Assembly (NCBI GenBank): GCA_965237675.1
Contig: OZ250150.1
Location: 1,792,001-1,856,000, forward strand
Direction: 5' to 3'
DNA: 64,000 bases
Source: Candidatus Latescibacterota bacterium
GTDB taxonomy: Bacteria; Latescibacterota; UBA2968; GCA-2709665
Below are positions 9,402 through 19,300 of the stretch, piece after piece. Position numbers and translations under genes: made by a program. A model generated the notes under the pieces. That model was not told the DNA's origin and did not search any database. It was given only the letters and a program-made list of their open reading frames with translations. The stretch's first letter is position 1. Each line of letters opens with the position of its first letter.

Positions 9402-10310
9402 ATGACTCCTTCTGAAAAAATCGCCGCCGACACTTGGGAAAGGCTAAAACTGTCACGTGACCTGAAAGTCCGGCTTGGCGAGGAGACGCTGACCGATCTA
9501 TTCGCTCTGGATTTCGTGCGCTTCATGCCGAATCATATTAAGCTATTTCAATTCAATAAATGTGAGGAGTCGGAGCGAGGTGCCGACTTGGAGGTAAGGA
9601 TTCACGACGTAGACACCCAAGCCGCCATATTGGCAGTACAAGCCAAGAAGCTGTATAAACCCGTGAGGCCACATCAAATCGGGGGGTATTATCGGCTCGA
9701 CGCCAGAGCGAAATCTCAGATGGAAATACTTGAGAAGTACTCTCAAGACGTAGGCGCGATCCCAATTTATATTCTTTACAACTATGTGGAGAGTTGCGAT
9801 GTAAATCGGTATTGGCATTGCTGTGAGAATCTCAATAACAACAAAGGGCAACTGGGTTGTACTATAGTTCCAAGCTGGAATTTTCGTCAAGCGTTCGACG
9901 ATTACAGACGCAAGAACTTCGACTGGATTCATAAATCACCTTGTGCACTTCCGTGGCGTTGCCTTTTTGACTGTACTCAGAGACAAAGCAACCAAGGGGA
10001 GACCGCCGCACGCCGTAGCCTGTCGCTGCTTCAAGCGTCATTCCCATTATCGGATCATCAGACCATGATATCGGCACGCCGACATTCGGACGATAACCGA
10101 AATTACAAATGGATACGCTTTGAACCAGTGGAAGATGCTTGGCCTGAATGGCTTTGGGACCGGCGTCGTACGACGTTGACGGCTGAAGATCGTAGGGAGT
10201 TGTGGGGCGACTTCGGCAAAACCGACATAGAAAGTAAGGTGAAGTTGGATAGACCAACCAGAGGATTGATACCCCGTCGGCTCCTTTTGGTCAAGGAGAA
10301 GACTCGATGA
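9402..10310 (+). CDS. DUF6615-like putative PD-(D/E)xK nuclease
   Basis: GEETLTD, E...GADLE, QAKKL, P.Y..YN motifs; lower GC; start chosen at ATG 9402. Confidence 0.6.
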   Translation: MTPSEKIAADTWERLKLSRDLKVRLGEETLTDLFALDFVRFMPNHIKLFQFNKCEESERGADLEVRIHDVDTQAAILAVQAKKLYKPVRPHQIGGYYRLDARAKSQMEILEKYSQDVGAIPIYILYNYVESCDVNRYWHCCENLNNNKGQLGCTIVPSWNFRQAFDDYRRKNFDWIHKSPCALPWRCLFDCTQRQSNQGETAARRSLSLLQASFPLSDHQTMISARRHSDDNRNYKWIRFEPVEDAWPEWLWDRRRTTLTAEDRRELWGDFGKTDIESKVKLDRPTRGLIPRRLLLVKEKTR

Positions 10311-11536
10311 CGGACACGAACCTGGCACGCCGTATCAGGCTCGCAGAGGACTCGAATCTGGAATTCAAGTGTATCGTGTTGTCCGGCGATCGGGTCTCCA
10401 ACCCGCTTCGGAAGGAACTCTCCGATGAGCTTGCCGCCTTCGCTAACAGCCGTGGCGGGACGCTCGTCCTTGGGGTTGACGATGTGACACGTGAGGTCGT
10501 GGGTATCCCCATGGAACACCTTGATGCGGTGGAGCGCTGGGTATGCGAGATCTGCAACGACACGGTGACTCCCCCGCTCGACATGGCGACCCGAAAAATC
10601 GAGTTACCAAATGCCAGTGGCACGCTTGTTCCGGTGGTCCGAATCGATGTTGGCCGCAGCCTGTTTGTCCACAGGAGTGCAGGCGGTTATTTCCGCAGAA
10701 TCGGCAGTTCAAAGCGCGAAATGACGCCGGAAGCACTTGCCCGGCTATTCCAGGACCGGAGCCAGACCCGCGTGATCCGCTTTGACGAATCGCTTGTACC
10801 GCGGACGGAACCCGGCCATTTGGATTATTCATTGACGCGCCGCTTTCTGCGAGACGATTCAGCCGCGGAAGGCGTCAATGAAACCCTCGCACGCAAGCTT
10901 CGCCTCGTCGCCGACGACGATGAGGAAGTTCCACGTCTAACGCTCGCCGCCTTGCTGCTATGTACGCGCAAACCGCAGCAATGGCTTCCCTACGCGCACA
11001 TACAAGCCGTCAGTTATGCGGGTGAGCGTGCCGATGTCAACTATCAGACTGACGCCCGCGCCATCGGAGGTCCACTCGACGCGCAGGTTGAGGATGCGCT
11101 GAATTTCGTAGGTCGAAATATGGTGACACGTGCAGCCAGGACAACGGCCCGGGTCGACCGCCAACGGTTCGGTCAGCGTGCCATGTTCCAGGCGCTGGTC
11201 AATGCGGTAGCACACCGAGATTACTCGATGTACGGTTCGCCGACTCGTCTTCACATTTTCCGCGATCGAATTGAGCTGTATGTCCCCGGCGGACTGGTAA
11301 ATACGCTCTCTCCGGAAAGCCTGCACCTTAGGCAAGCTACCCGGAACGAACTCATCCTGTACCTGTTGACCCGTTGCCGGGCGCCCGCATATGTCGGAAC
11401 GACGCATTTTATACAACGGAGAGGCGATGGCGTGCCCATCATTTTCAACGAGAGCCGGGAGTTATCGGGTCGTCGCCCAGAGTACACCGTGATCGACGAC
11501 AGCGAGTTGCAGCTAACAATATGGGCCGCAGCATAG
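10307..11536 (+). CDS. AlbA_2 (Schlafen-like) + HATPase_c_4 protein
   Basis: EDSNLEFK, AAFANSRGGTLVLGVDD, ALVNAVAHRDY. Confidence 0.88.
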   Translation: MTDTNLARRIRLAEDSNLEFKCIVLSGDRVSNPLRKELSDELAAFANSRGGTLVLGVDDVTREVVGIPMEHLDAVERWVCEICNDTVTPPLDMATRKIELPNASGTLVPVVRIDVGRSLFVHRSAGGYFRRIGSSKREMTPEALARLFQDRSQTRVIRFDESLVPRTEPGHLDYSLTRRFLRDDSAAEGVNETLARKLRLVADDDEEVPRLTLAALLLCTRKPQQWLPYAHIQAVSYAGERADVNYQTDARAIGGPLDAQVEDALNFVGRNMVTRAARTTARVDRQRFGQRAMFQALVNAVAHRDYSMYGSPTRLHIFRDRIELYVPGGLVNTLSPESLHLRQATRNELILYLLTRCRAPAYVGTTHFIQRRGDGVPIIFNESRELSGRRPEYTVIDDSELQLTIWAAA

Positions 11537-11576
11537 TTGGTGGGTTACCGACCAGGAATACTGAAGATAAACCCAC

Positions 11577-12014
11577 ATGAAAATCTCCACCATCGGCTTT
11601 ACGAAAAAGCCCGCGCGCCGTTTCTTTGACTTGCTGATGCAGTCAGACGCCAGACGTGTCGTTGATGTGAGGCTCAACAATGGGTCGCAACTGGCCGGTT
11701 TTGCGAAGAAGGAAGACCTCGCGTTTTTCTTGGGCGAGCTCTGCGGGATGGAGTACATTCACCTGCCCGCGCTGGCCCCGACGAAGGAGTTGCTGGACGA
11801 CTACAGGAAACGGCGTTGTAAATGGGCAGCCTACGAGGATCGCTTCATTGCGCTTATGCGCGAGCGGCGAATTGAGGCGACGGTTCCGAAAGAGATTGTC
11901 GCCGACGGATGCCTGCTGTGCAGCGAGGACAAGCCGCACCGATGCCATCGGCGGCTCGTAGCCGAGTATCTGAAACAGCATTGGGACAACGTGGAAATCG
12001 AACATCTTGGATGA
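11577..12014 (+). CDS. DUF488 family protein
   Basis: TIGFT, DVRL, LAPT, CLLCSE....CHRRLVAEYL. Confidence 0.9.
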   Translation: MKISTIGFTKKPARRFFDLLMQSDARRVVDVRLNNGSQLAGFAKKEDLAFFLGELCGMEYIHLPALAPTKELLDDYRKRRCKWAAYEDRFIALMRERRIEATVPKEIVADGCLLCSEDKPHRCHRRLVAEYLKQHWDNVEIEHLG

Positions 12015-12026
12015 GGGAAAACGATA

Positions 12027-15000
12027 ATGGCCGTAACCAACCGTGAACGCGTCGAAAAGGCGCTTGATCTACTCAAGGCGGGATTGGGTCCATTCGTCGA
12101 TCGCGAAGTCAAGAATGCAATTAAAGCAAAGCGATTGGATGAATACGGCTTCTACAATTTTCCCGAGGACCCGACGCTCAAGGGCAAACCTGTCGACGGG
12201 TGGGACGCTGCCGCGCTGCTGAAGTTGATGTGGGCCATTTGGAACGACGTCTTCAAGTACACGCTCGGGCACACCGAGCGTAGCCTTGTCTCTGAACTGC
12301 GCGATTGGCGCAACAAGTGGGCGCACCAACACCACTTTTCCAGCGACGATACGGATAGAGCCCTCGACTCCGCAGAGCGGTTGCTCACGGCAGTCTCGGC
12401 GTCGCAGGCGGACGAGGTCAATCGCATGAAGATGGAGCTTCGCCGCCTGGTGATGGATGAACAGGTGCGGGGAGAAAAACGCAGGGCTGTGGGCGGGCTC
12501 ATTGAATCCGCCAGCGCAGGCGTTCTGAAACCATGGCGAGAGGTGGTTATGCCGCACGCCGACGTGGCCACCGGCGGGTATCAGCAGGCGGAGTTCGCGG
12601 CGGATTTGTGGCAGGTTCATCTCGGAGAGGGTTCGGACGAGTATCGTGATCCGCGGGAGTTTTTCCGTCGGACGTACCTCACCGAAAGTCTGAGACGTCT
12701 GCTGGAGGGCGCGGCGAGGAGGCTGGCCGGCAAGGGAAGTGACCCCGTGGTGCAGTTGCAGACAAATTTCGGCGGTGGGAAGACGCACTCCATGTTGGCG
12801 CTGTACCACCTGTTTTCCGGCATTGCGCCGGGAAAACTCGAGGGAATGGACGAGGTGCTGGCGGGAACGGCAGTCGATACGCTCCCGGCCGTACGGCGCG
12901 TGGTGCTTGTTGGCAACCGCATCTCCCCTGGCAATCCGGTGGAAAAACCGGACGGGACCGTGGTGCGCACTTTATGGGGCGAACTTGCGTACCAACTTGG
13001 CGGGCGGGATGCGTTCGAGCGGGTCCGCGCCGACGACGAACAGGCGACGAATCCCGGTGATGTGTTGCGCGAGCTTTTCAACGAATACGGACCTTGCGTG
13101 GTGCTCATCGATGAGTGGGTGTCGTACGCGCGACAGCTCCACGATGAGGGAGATCTGCCCGGCGGCAGTTTTGAGACGCAGTTCACCTTTGCGCAGGCGC
13201 TAACCGAATCGGCGAAACTTACGGGCAACTGCCTGCTGGTGATTTCGCTTCCGGCTTCGGACACGTCCGATTCGAGTTCGCCGCACACAGAGGCTGACGA
13301 TGCGGAGGTGGGCGGCATACGGGGTCGTAGCGCGCTGGACCGGTTGCGCAATGTACTCGGCCGGGTGGACTCACCCTGGCGGCCGGCGAGCGCAGAGGAG
13401 AGCTTCGAGATCGTGCGGCGGCGGCTGTTCGAACCGCTCGCGGGGACGGACGCCTTCAAACAACGCGATTTAACCGTGCAGGCTTTTGGGGAACTTTACC
13501 GCTCTCAACAGGTGGAGTTTCCCGTCGATTGTCGCACCATGGAATACCAGCGCCGCGTTCAGGCCGCATACCCGATTCATCCGGAGATCTTTGACCGGCT
13601 CTACACGGACTGGTCCTCGCTTGCCAGGTTCCAGCGCACCCGCGGCGTGTTGCGACTGATGGCTTCGGTGATCCACAGCCTGTGGGAGCGTGGAGACCGC
13701 AATCCGATGATTCTCCCGTCCACCATCCCCATTGACGACCAGCGGGTGCAGAACGAGTTGACACGGTATTTGCCGGAAAACTGGACGCCCGTCATTGAAA
13801 AGGACGTTGACGGTCCCGGCGCCTTACCCCTCAGGATCGACGCCGAGGCACCGAACCTCGGCAAACTCTCTGCGGCGCGGCGTGTGGCGCGCACCGTTTA
13901 TCTCGGGTCCGCGCCGACCTCCGCTGCGGCCCACCGGGGTGTCGATGATGCCCGTGTCAAGCTCGGGTGCGTGATGCCGGGTGAGACGCCAGCCATTTTC
14001 GGCGATGCGCTGCGCCGGTTGGCGGCGGCGGCGACCTATCTCTACCAGGACGGTGCCCGGGTGTGGTATGCGACGCAGCCCACCGTCACCAAGCTCGCCG
14101 AAGACCGCGCCGAGCAGTTGAGGGGGCAGCCCGACGAGGTGGCGGCGGAACTGGAAAAGCGACTCAAAACGGACTTGCGCGCGGCGGGAGACTTCGAGCG
14201 AATCCATCCACTGCCCCGTTCAGGGGCGGACGTACCCGACGACCTCGATGCGCGGCTCGTGGTGCTTTCGGCGGAGCAACCCTATTGGAAAGAGCCGGAC
14301 AACGCGGCCCAGGTGGCCGCAAAAGACATCCTCGAAATGCGCGGCAACACGCCCAGGCTCTACCGGAACACGTTGGTATTCCTCGCGGTGGACAGGGTGC
14401 GATGGCAGGACCTGGACGAAGCCCTGCGCAGGTACCTGGCGTGGGAGTCGATCCTCGAGGACAGAGTCGAACTCAATCTGGATCCACACCAAGCCCGCCA
14501 GGCCGAAAACCAGAAGAACGCGGCCAACGACACGGTCACGGCGCGCCTTCCAGAGGCGTATCAGTGGCTGCTGGCGCCGGAGCAGTCTAACCCAAAGTCG
14601 GCGCTGTCATGGAATGCCATCCGACTCACCGCCTCCGGGGGGCTCGCCGAACGGGCTTCCAGGCGACTGCGCAATGATGAGATGCTGATTTCCACGCTCG
14701 GGGCCACGATTCTTCGGAAACACCTCGACGACGTGCCGCTCTGGCGCGGCGACCACGTGGAAGTCCGGCAACTCGTCCAGGACTTCGGGCAGTTCCTGTA
14801 CCTTCCGCGGCTCGCGGGCCCGGACGTGCTTGTACGTGCGATCCAGGATGGTGTGGGATTGATAACCTGGAAACTGGATAGCTTCGCCTTTGCCGAAAGC
14901 TATAACGAAGCCGTTAGTCGTTATCTTGGGCTGCGGGCACCCGGTTCCGTCTCTGTTTCGCCCGAGAGCAGGGCGCTTGTCGTGAAACCGTTGGTTGCCG

Positions 15001-15353
15001 GAAAGCAGTTGGAAGTGGAGCAGGCTCCAAGCCCCGGAGAAGAGGCTCCAGGCGAGCCCGGGGAGGAAGTTCCAGGCGAAGACGCACCCCCGGAACAGCC
15101 GGAGCCACCCGAGGTGAAACCACGCCGGTACCATGGCGCGGTGACGCTGGACGCCCAAAGGGTGGGTCGCGACGCCAGCCAGATCGCCGACGAGGTAATC
15201 GCGCATCTGTCGGGGATCGTAGGCGCGGATGTGACGGTTACGCTGGAGATCCACGCGGAAATACCCGACGGGGCTCCGGAAACTGTGGTGCGGACGGTCA
15301 CGGAGAACAGCCAGACGCTTAAGTTCGAGAGCCACGGGTTCGAGGAATCGTAG
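12027..15353 (+). CDS. Swt1-like HEPN + DUF499 AAA+ ATPase
   Basis: N-terminal RNKWAH (Rx4H HEPN), KPWREV..PH.DV, EFAADL, Walker A FGGGKTH, Walker B LIDE, AYPIHPE, FQRTRGVLR; Pro/Glu linker near C-terminus. Confidence 0.92.
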   Translation: MAVTNRERVEKALDLLKAGLGPFVDREVKNAIKAKRLDEYGFYNFPEDPTLKGKPVDGWDAAALLKLMWAIWNDVFKYTLGHTERSLVSELRDWRNKWAHQHHFSSDDTDRALDSAERLLTAVSASQADEVNRMKMELRRLVMDEQVRGEKRRAVGGLIESASAGVLKPWREVVMPHADVATGGYQQAEFAADLWQVHLGEGSDEYRDPREFFRRTYLTESLRRLLEGAARRLAGKGSDPVVQLQTNFGGGKTHSMLALYHLFSGIAPGKLEGMDEVLAGTAVDTLPAVRRVVLVGNRISPGNPVEKPDGTVVRTLWGELAYQLGGRDAFERVRADDEQATNPGDVLRELFNEYGPCVVLIDEWVSYARQLHDEGDLPGGSFETQFTFAQALTESAKLTGNCLLVISLPASDTSDSSSPHTEADDAEVGGIRGRSALDRLRNVLGRVDSPWRPASAEESFEIVRRRLFEPLAGTDAFKQRDLTVQAFGELYRSQQVEFPVDCRTMEYQRRVQAAYPIHPEIFDRLYTDWSSLARFQRTRGVLRLMASVIHSLWERGDRNPMILPSTIPIDDQRVQNELTRYLPENWTPVIEKDVDGPGALPLRIDAEAPNLGKLSAARRVARTVYLGSAPTSAAAHRGVDDARVKLGCVMPGETPAIFGDALRRLAAAATYLYQDGARVWYATQPTVTKLAEDRAEQLRGQPDEVAAELEKRLKTDLRAAGDFERIHPLPRSGADVPDDLDARLVVLSAEQPYWKEPDNAAQVAAKDILEMRGNTPRLYRNTLVFLAVDRVRWQDLDEALRRYLAWESILEDRVELNLDPHQARQAENQKNAANDTVTARLPEAYQWLLAPEQSNPKSALSWNAIRLTASGGLAERASRRLRNDEMLISTLGATILRKHLDDVPLWRGDHVEVRQLVQDFGQFLYLPRLAGPDVLVRAIQDGVGLITWKLDSFAFAESYNEAVSRYLGLRAPGSVSVSPESRALVVKPLVAGKQLEVEQAPSPGEEAPGEPGEEVPGEDAPPEQPEPPEVKPRRYHGAVTLDAQRVGRDASQIADEVIAHLSGIVGADVTVTLEIHAEIPDGAPETVVRTVTENSQTLKFESHGFEES

Positions 15354-15430
15354 CTAAAGCCCGACAATACTGGCCGATCGTCCGCCCATCCGGGACGATT
15401 GCAGCAGAACCCAGCCAATTCGACCTGATA

Positions 15431-15527
15431 AGGGAACGCACGTGGAGTTCGCACCAGGCCAAATCAGCGCACTCACCTCCTTCTCTGAATTGGTGTTGGA
15501 CGTAATTGAACGCGTCAAGTGCGATTA
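15431..15527 (+). pseudogene. Degenerate internal fragment of a DUF1156 methylase (copy a)
   Basis: Translates FAPGQISALTSFSELVLDVIERVKCD*, matching FTPRQLVALTTLSDLVKEVLERVKRD in gene 1..1911. Confidence 0.6.
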
Positions 15528-15528
15528 A

Positions 15529-15555
15529 CTGGGAGCGAGGGCATCCTGCCCTCGA
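15529..15555 (+). repeat. REP-like palindrome
   Basis: ctgggagcgagggcatcctgccctcga; inverted partner at 16126-16153. Confidence 0.7.
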
Positions 15556-15621
15556 CACATAGGGCGGGGCACCCGTGGCCGCTGGGTATTGCGGCGTTAC
15601 CCCCTTATATTCTTTTTAAAG

Positions 15622-15704
15622 AGAGAACGCACTTGCTGATCGCTTCGTGCCAAATCAGCGCACTCACCTCCTTCTCCGAACTGGTGGCGGATGCAATGGA
15701 ACGC
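15622..15704 (+). repeat. Second copy of the methylase-like fragment (imperfect 83-bp repeat of 15431-15513)
   Basis: Shared core gccaaatcagcgcactcacctccttctc; translates QISALTSFSELVADAMER. Confidence 0.7.
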
Positions 15705-15720
15705 AAAAAGGAGGAAATTC

Positions 15721-15963
15721 ATGACTGGGCAAGGTTCGGGCGGCAATGTCCTTGCAGCTTTGTGTAGTCTTCTTGTACCCGGTTTGGGCCAGTTGCTTCA
15801 ATGACGTTTCCTAATGGCCCCCATCCAATTTTTCCTGGCGGCCGTACTGTGGTTTATCCTGATGGGCTGGGTGATCCACCTCTGGTCGGTTCTGGACGCA
15901 GCCCGGTGGAAGCCAGTAGACAAACCGACTTCTGCGAGCGGCCAGGGCAACGGCGGGGGTTGA
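15721..15963 (+). pseudogene. Small membrane protein with in-frame TGA (not in ORF track)
   Basis: AAGGAGG RBS; MTGQGSGGNVLAALCSLLVPGLGQLLQ*RFLMAPIQFFLAAVLWFILMGWVIHLWSVLDAARWKP; TGA at 15802 where PGLGQxxxG proteins have Gly. Confidence 0.75.
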
Positions 15964-16070
15964 ACGCTCGCCGTTCGGGGAGCGGGCTGGGTTAGAGGCG
16001 CAGGTCAATGTGGTCCCCCTACGCGACTATTCGATGCCGGGTTCGAGGATTCGTAAAAAAGCCAGGGACA

Positions 16071-16153
16071 ATGCGGGCGGGACGCCCGCGCCCCCAGGAA
16101 GTGTTCGGGCGGTACCGAGCGATAGTCGAGGGCAGGATGCCCTCGGTCCCAGG
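16071..16153 (-). repeat. Two tandem REP-like palindromes
   Basis: Reverse complements cctgggggcgcgggcgtcccgcccgcat (16071-16098) and cctgggaccgagggcatcctgccctcga (16126-16153). Confidence 0.7.
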
Positions 16154-16394
16154 GTTCCCATGTCCGGTGTGACGTTTTTGAGCCAATACCACCCCACCCT
16201 GGGGAGTTCACGCGAAACGATTAGGTCGAGTCATTGAATGACCCGCCACGAATACACACCGAATTTTGATCGAACTCACCGGTCCGCGCACAACGGCTGA
16301 TGTTGAATTTGCGATGACGCCCGGCGTGCGCGGACACAGGCGTCTCATTGTTGCGCTCGAGGAGGTATTCGAGCCGAACGGAGGAGGTTGAATC

Positions 16395-19300
16395 ATGGCA
16401 TTATCACCTGCGATTCAGGAGACGGATCTGGGGAACGGGGTATGTATTTCGGCGCCGGCGGGGGATTCCTACCAGGAAGCGGCCGGGCGTCTGAAGGGGA
16501 CGCTGGAGGACACACTTTCGGCACGTGTGGACGTGCTGCCGGACGGGAAGCTGGATGCAGACGGCCGGCACGTGATCGCCCTGGGGAATATGATGGACAG
16601 CGCGTTCCTGCGCACGCTCTACTTCCGGGCCTACGATCTGACCGACCGGGTGTGGCCGGGTCCGGGTGGGTGGGTGGTGCGTACGGCGCCTCATTCATTG
16701 GCCGACGTGGGACAGGTTGTCGTGGCGGGCGCAAGCAGCGCGGAGGACATACGCGATGCGGCCGGAGCGCTGGCTGGTGCGATCGCGAAAAATGGTCCTA
16801 TACTGCCGTTCCAATACGAGGTGCATCCGGGGCGGTGGTCGGACCTGTATGTAAAGCCGGCGCGCGAGTTGCTGGCCAAGAGTCACCGGGACATCGAGCA
16901 GGAATCCATTGGCGGCGGATCGGGCGACTGGACCTATATGATGGTAGTGGCCGATATCGGGATGCTCGCCGTGCAGACCGGAAACGAAGTGCTGATGTCG
17001 ATGTTCTGCCATCAGATCTGCCACTTCGCCCGCACCCGCTGGTTCGAGCGGAAGCTTGAGGACCCCACGCTGATCCACGGGTTCATTCGGGTGCTGCTGC
17101 TGCCGTTCACGATTCTGGAAAACCACCCCTCGCTTCCCGCCGCTCAGAGGGAGGAGACGCTGGAGGCGCTTCTGGGACTCTTCAGATCCGCGGAAGGGGC
17201 CGGCAATACAGGCCTTCTGAGCTGCGTGGGAGTGGACCGGGTACGCCAGAACCACCAGACACGTTCCGCGCTGGACCTTTTCTACGGTGGCCGGTATTTT
17301 CACCAGGTGCACGGACTCGCCGAGGGCCTGGCGTGGATGAAGTTGGCCGAGGTCTTCTTTGCACCACAGATGGCTTCGAACAAGCCCGTGTGCGACTCTT
17401 GGGGACATCAGTGGGGGGCTTCGCTGTTCAACACGGCGGACTATGCGCTGGCCGCGGGGAAGACGGACTACTTTTCGAGCCGGCCCTACCTGGAGGGCGT
17501 GGACCGGGCGCTTCTCGCACACAGTAACCTGGAACGCGGCCCCGAACAATACTGCCGCATGGCCGCGGCGGTAACGGGCAACAACGAGTACCTGCAGCTT
17601 TGTGAATCCATCGATGAAGGCGCGGTGGCGGAACGGACCATTCGAGGGGCCGAAGAGCCTCTGCGGACATGGGTGACGGGAAGGCGGGCGGCGGCGCCCG
17701 AACGGCTGGGTCAGGTCGGCGTGGCCCCCCTTTCGCGGTTGTTCTACGATTCGATCGAAGACTATACCACATTTGCGCCGGAGAATGGCGTATATCTGCG
17801 GAATTTGCCCTACGAACGGACGTTTGACAAGGTGTACTTCCGATTCGGATGGACGGATCAGGACGATTACCTGCTGCTGGACGGGATCTCGGGAGGCTCG
17901 CACTCCTACCAGGACGGCAACTGTATTGTGCGTTACACCAGCCGGGGCGCGTCCTGGTTCAAGAGTTCCGGTGGCAATGCGCCGGCAACCGTTCGGGACT
18001 ACACGGGGGTGAGTCTTGCGGTTGACGGCGCCGGACCGGGGTGCGAGTCCAGGTACGCGGCGCTGCGGTATCTTGAAGAAGGCGAGTCGCTTTCCGTGGC
18101 CGGCACTTCGATGACCTATCCCGAACAGGGGGACTGGTATCGGCATATCGTGTCCAGCCGCGACGGGTGGTTTCTGGTGGTTGACGAGGTCTGGCCTTCC
18201 GTGGCGGGAGAGTTTCTCGTGGAGTGCCGTTGGCACCTTCTGGGTGATGCGGCCCTTTCCGATGGGTTGTTGCATTCGGTTCAGGGCGATGCGCAATTGA
18301 GCATGCGCCACGTGGGAAGCGGTCGCCAGGAATTGGTGGCATCGGACTATTGGTGCGTAGACGACCACTCACGGTGGATCCAGCGGTCGGTGACAACGCT
18401 TCAGCCGGGCGCAGGGATCCGGTTCGGGACGCTTTTCTGGACCGACCCGGTCGGTGATGGCAGGGATTTCAGTCTGGTCGAGGAGGAAACCGGCTTTCGG
18501 ATCGAGGGTGGGGGCGAGCCCGTCGCGGTTGTACTCACGGAGACCATTGAGGCCCCGGAGGTCACGGCCTCGGGCGCGACGCTGCCCACAGCCGGCCGAA
18601 ATGTCGATGCGTCCGATTCCACGCCTTTTCAAACTTCCGGCAGCGAAGCCACGCCCGTATGGCGTACACGCTGTGCGGATGCCGTGACGGCGCTGGACAT
18701 CGGGACGGAAAGAGGGTTCGGCGGCGACAGCGGCGGGGTGACCGCGTTCAATCCCGACGGAGACGTACTCTGGAAACGAGAGATCGAAGGCGGCGTCCGG
18801 GCGCTCGCGGGCCTGAATGACGGCGGCGCGGCAGCAGGCGGCGACGGGGAGACCGTGTACCGGCTGGATGCTTCCGGAGATACGGTCTGGTCGTATCGGA
18901 TCCGGTGGCAGCCGATGAACTGGGATAGCTGGTCCAGGAAGAATTGTGTGGTACTGAGCCTGGCAACCGGCGATATCGACGGGGATGGCCGGGAGGAGAT
19001 TCTGGTGGGATGCGCGGATCGTCACGTTTACGCTTTCGACGCCGGGGGCAACCTGTTGTGGCGTTCCCCTTGCCAATGGGGTCCGCCGGTTTGTCTGGAA
19101 ACCGCGCGCCTGACGGAGGGTACGGAGCAGCAGACGCTGGCCGGCCTGGCAGACCCGGCCATTCACGCGCACACGCTGGTTTTCGGGAAGGACGGGAAGC
19201 TGGCGCGGACCCTGCAGCGCCCGGACATCGTCAGTTGGTCGATTCCTTCGTGGTCCCGCTGCCTGCGGGTGGCGGACGTGGACGGGGACGGCCGGGACGA

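Noticed and set aside
15802-15804. Selenocysteine or TGA recoding
   Set aside because: The position corresponds to Gly (GGA->TGA), TGA is a normal stop for many genes here, and other nearby lesions are TAA, so simple pseudogenisation is more likely.
15431-16153. CRISPR array or integron attC array
   Set aside because: Only two imperfect long repeats plus REP hairpins; no regular repeat-spacer period and no cas or intI gene.
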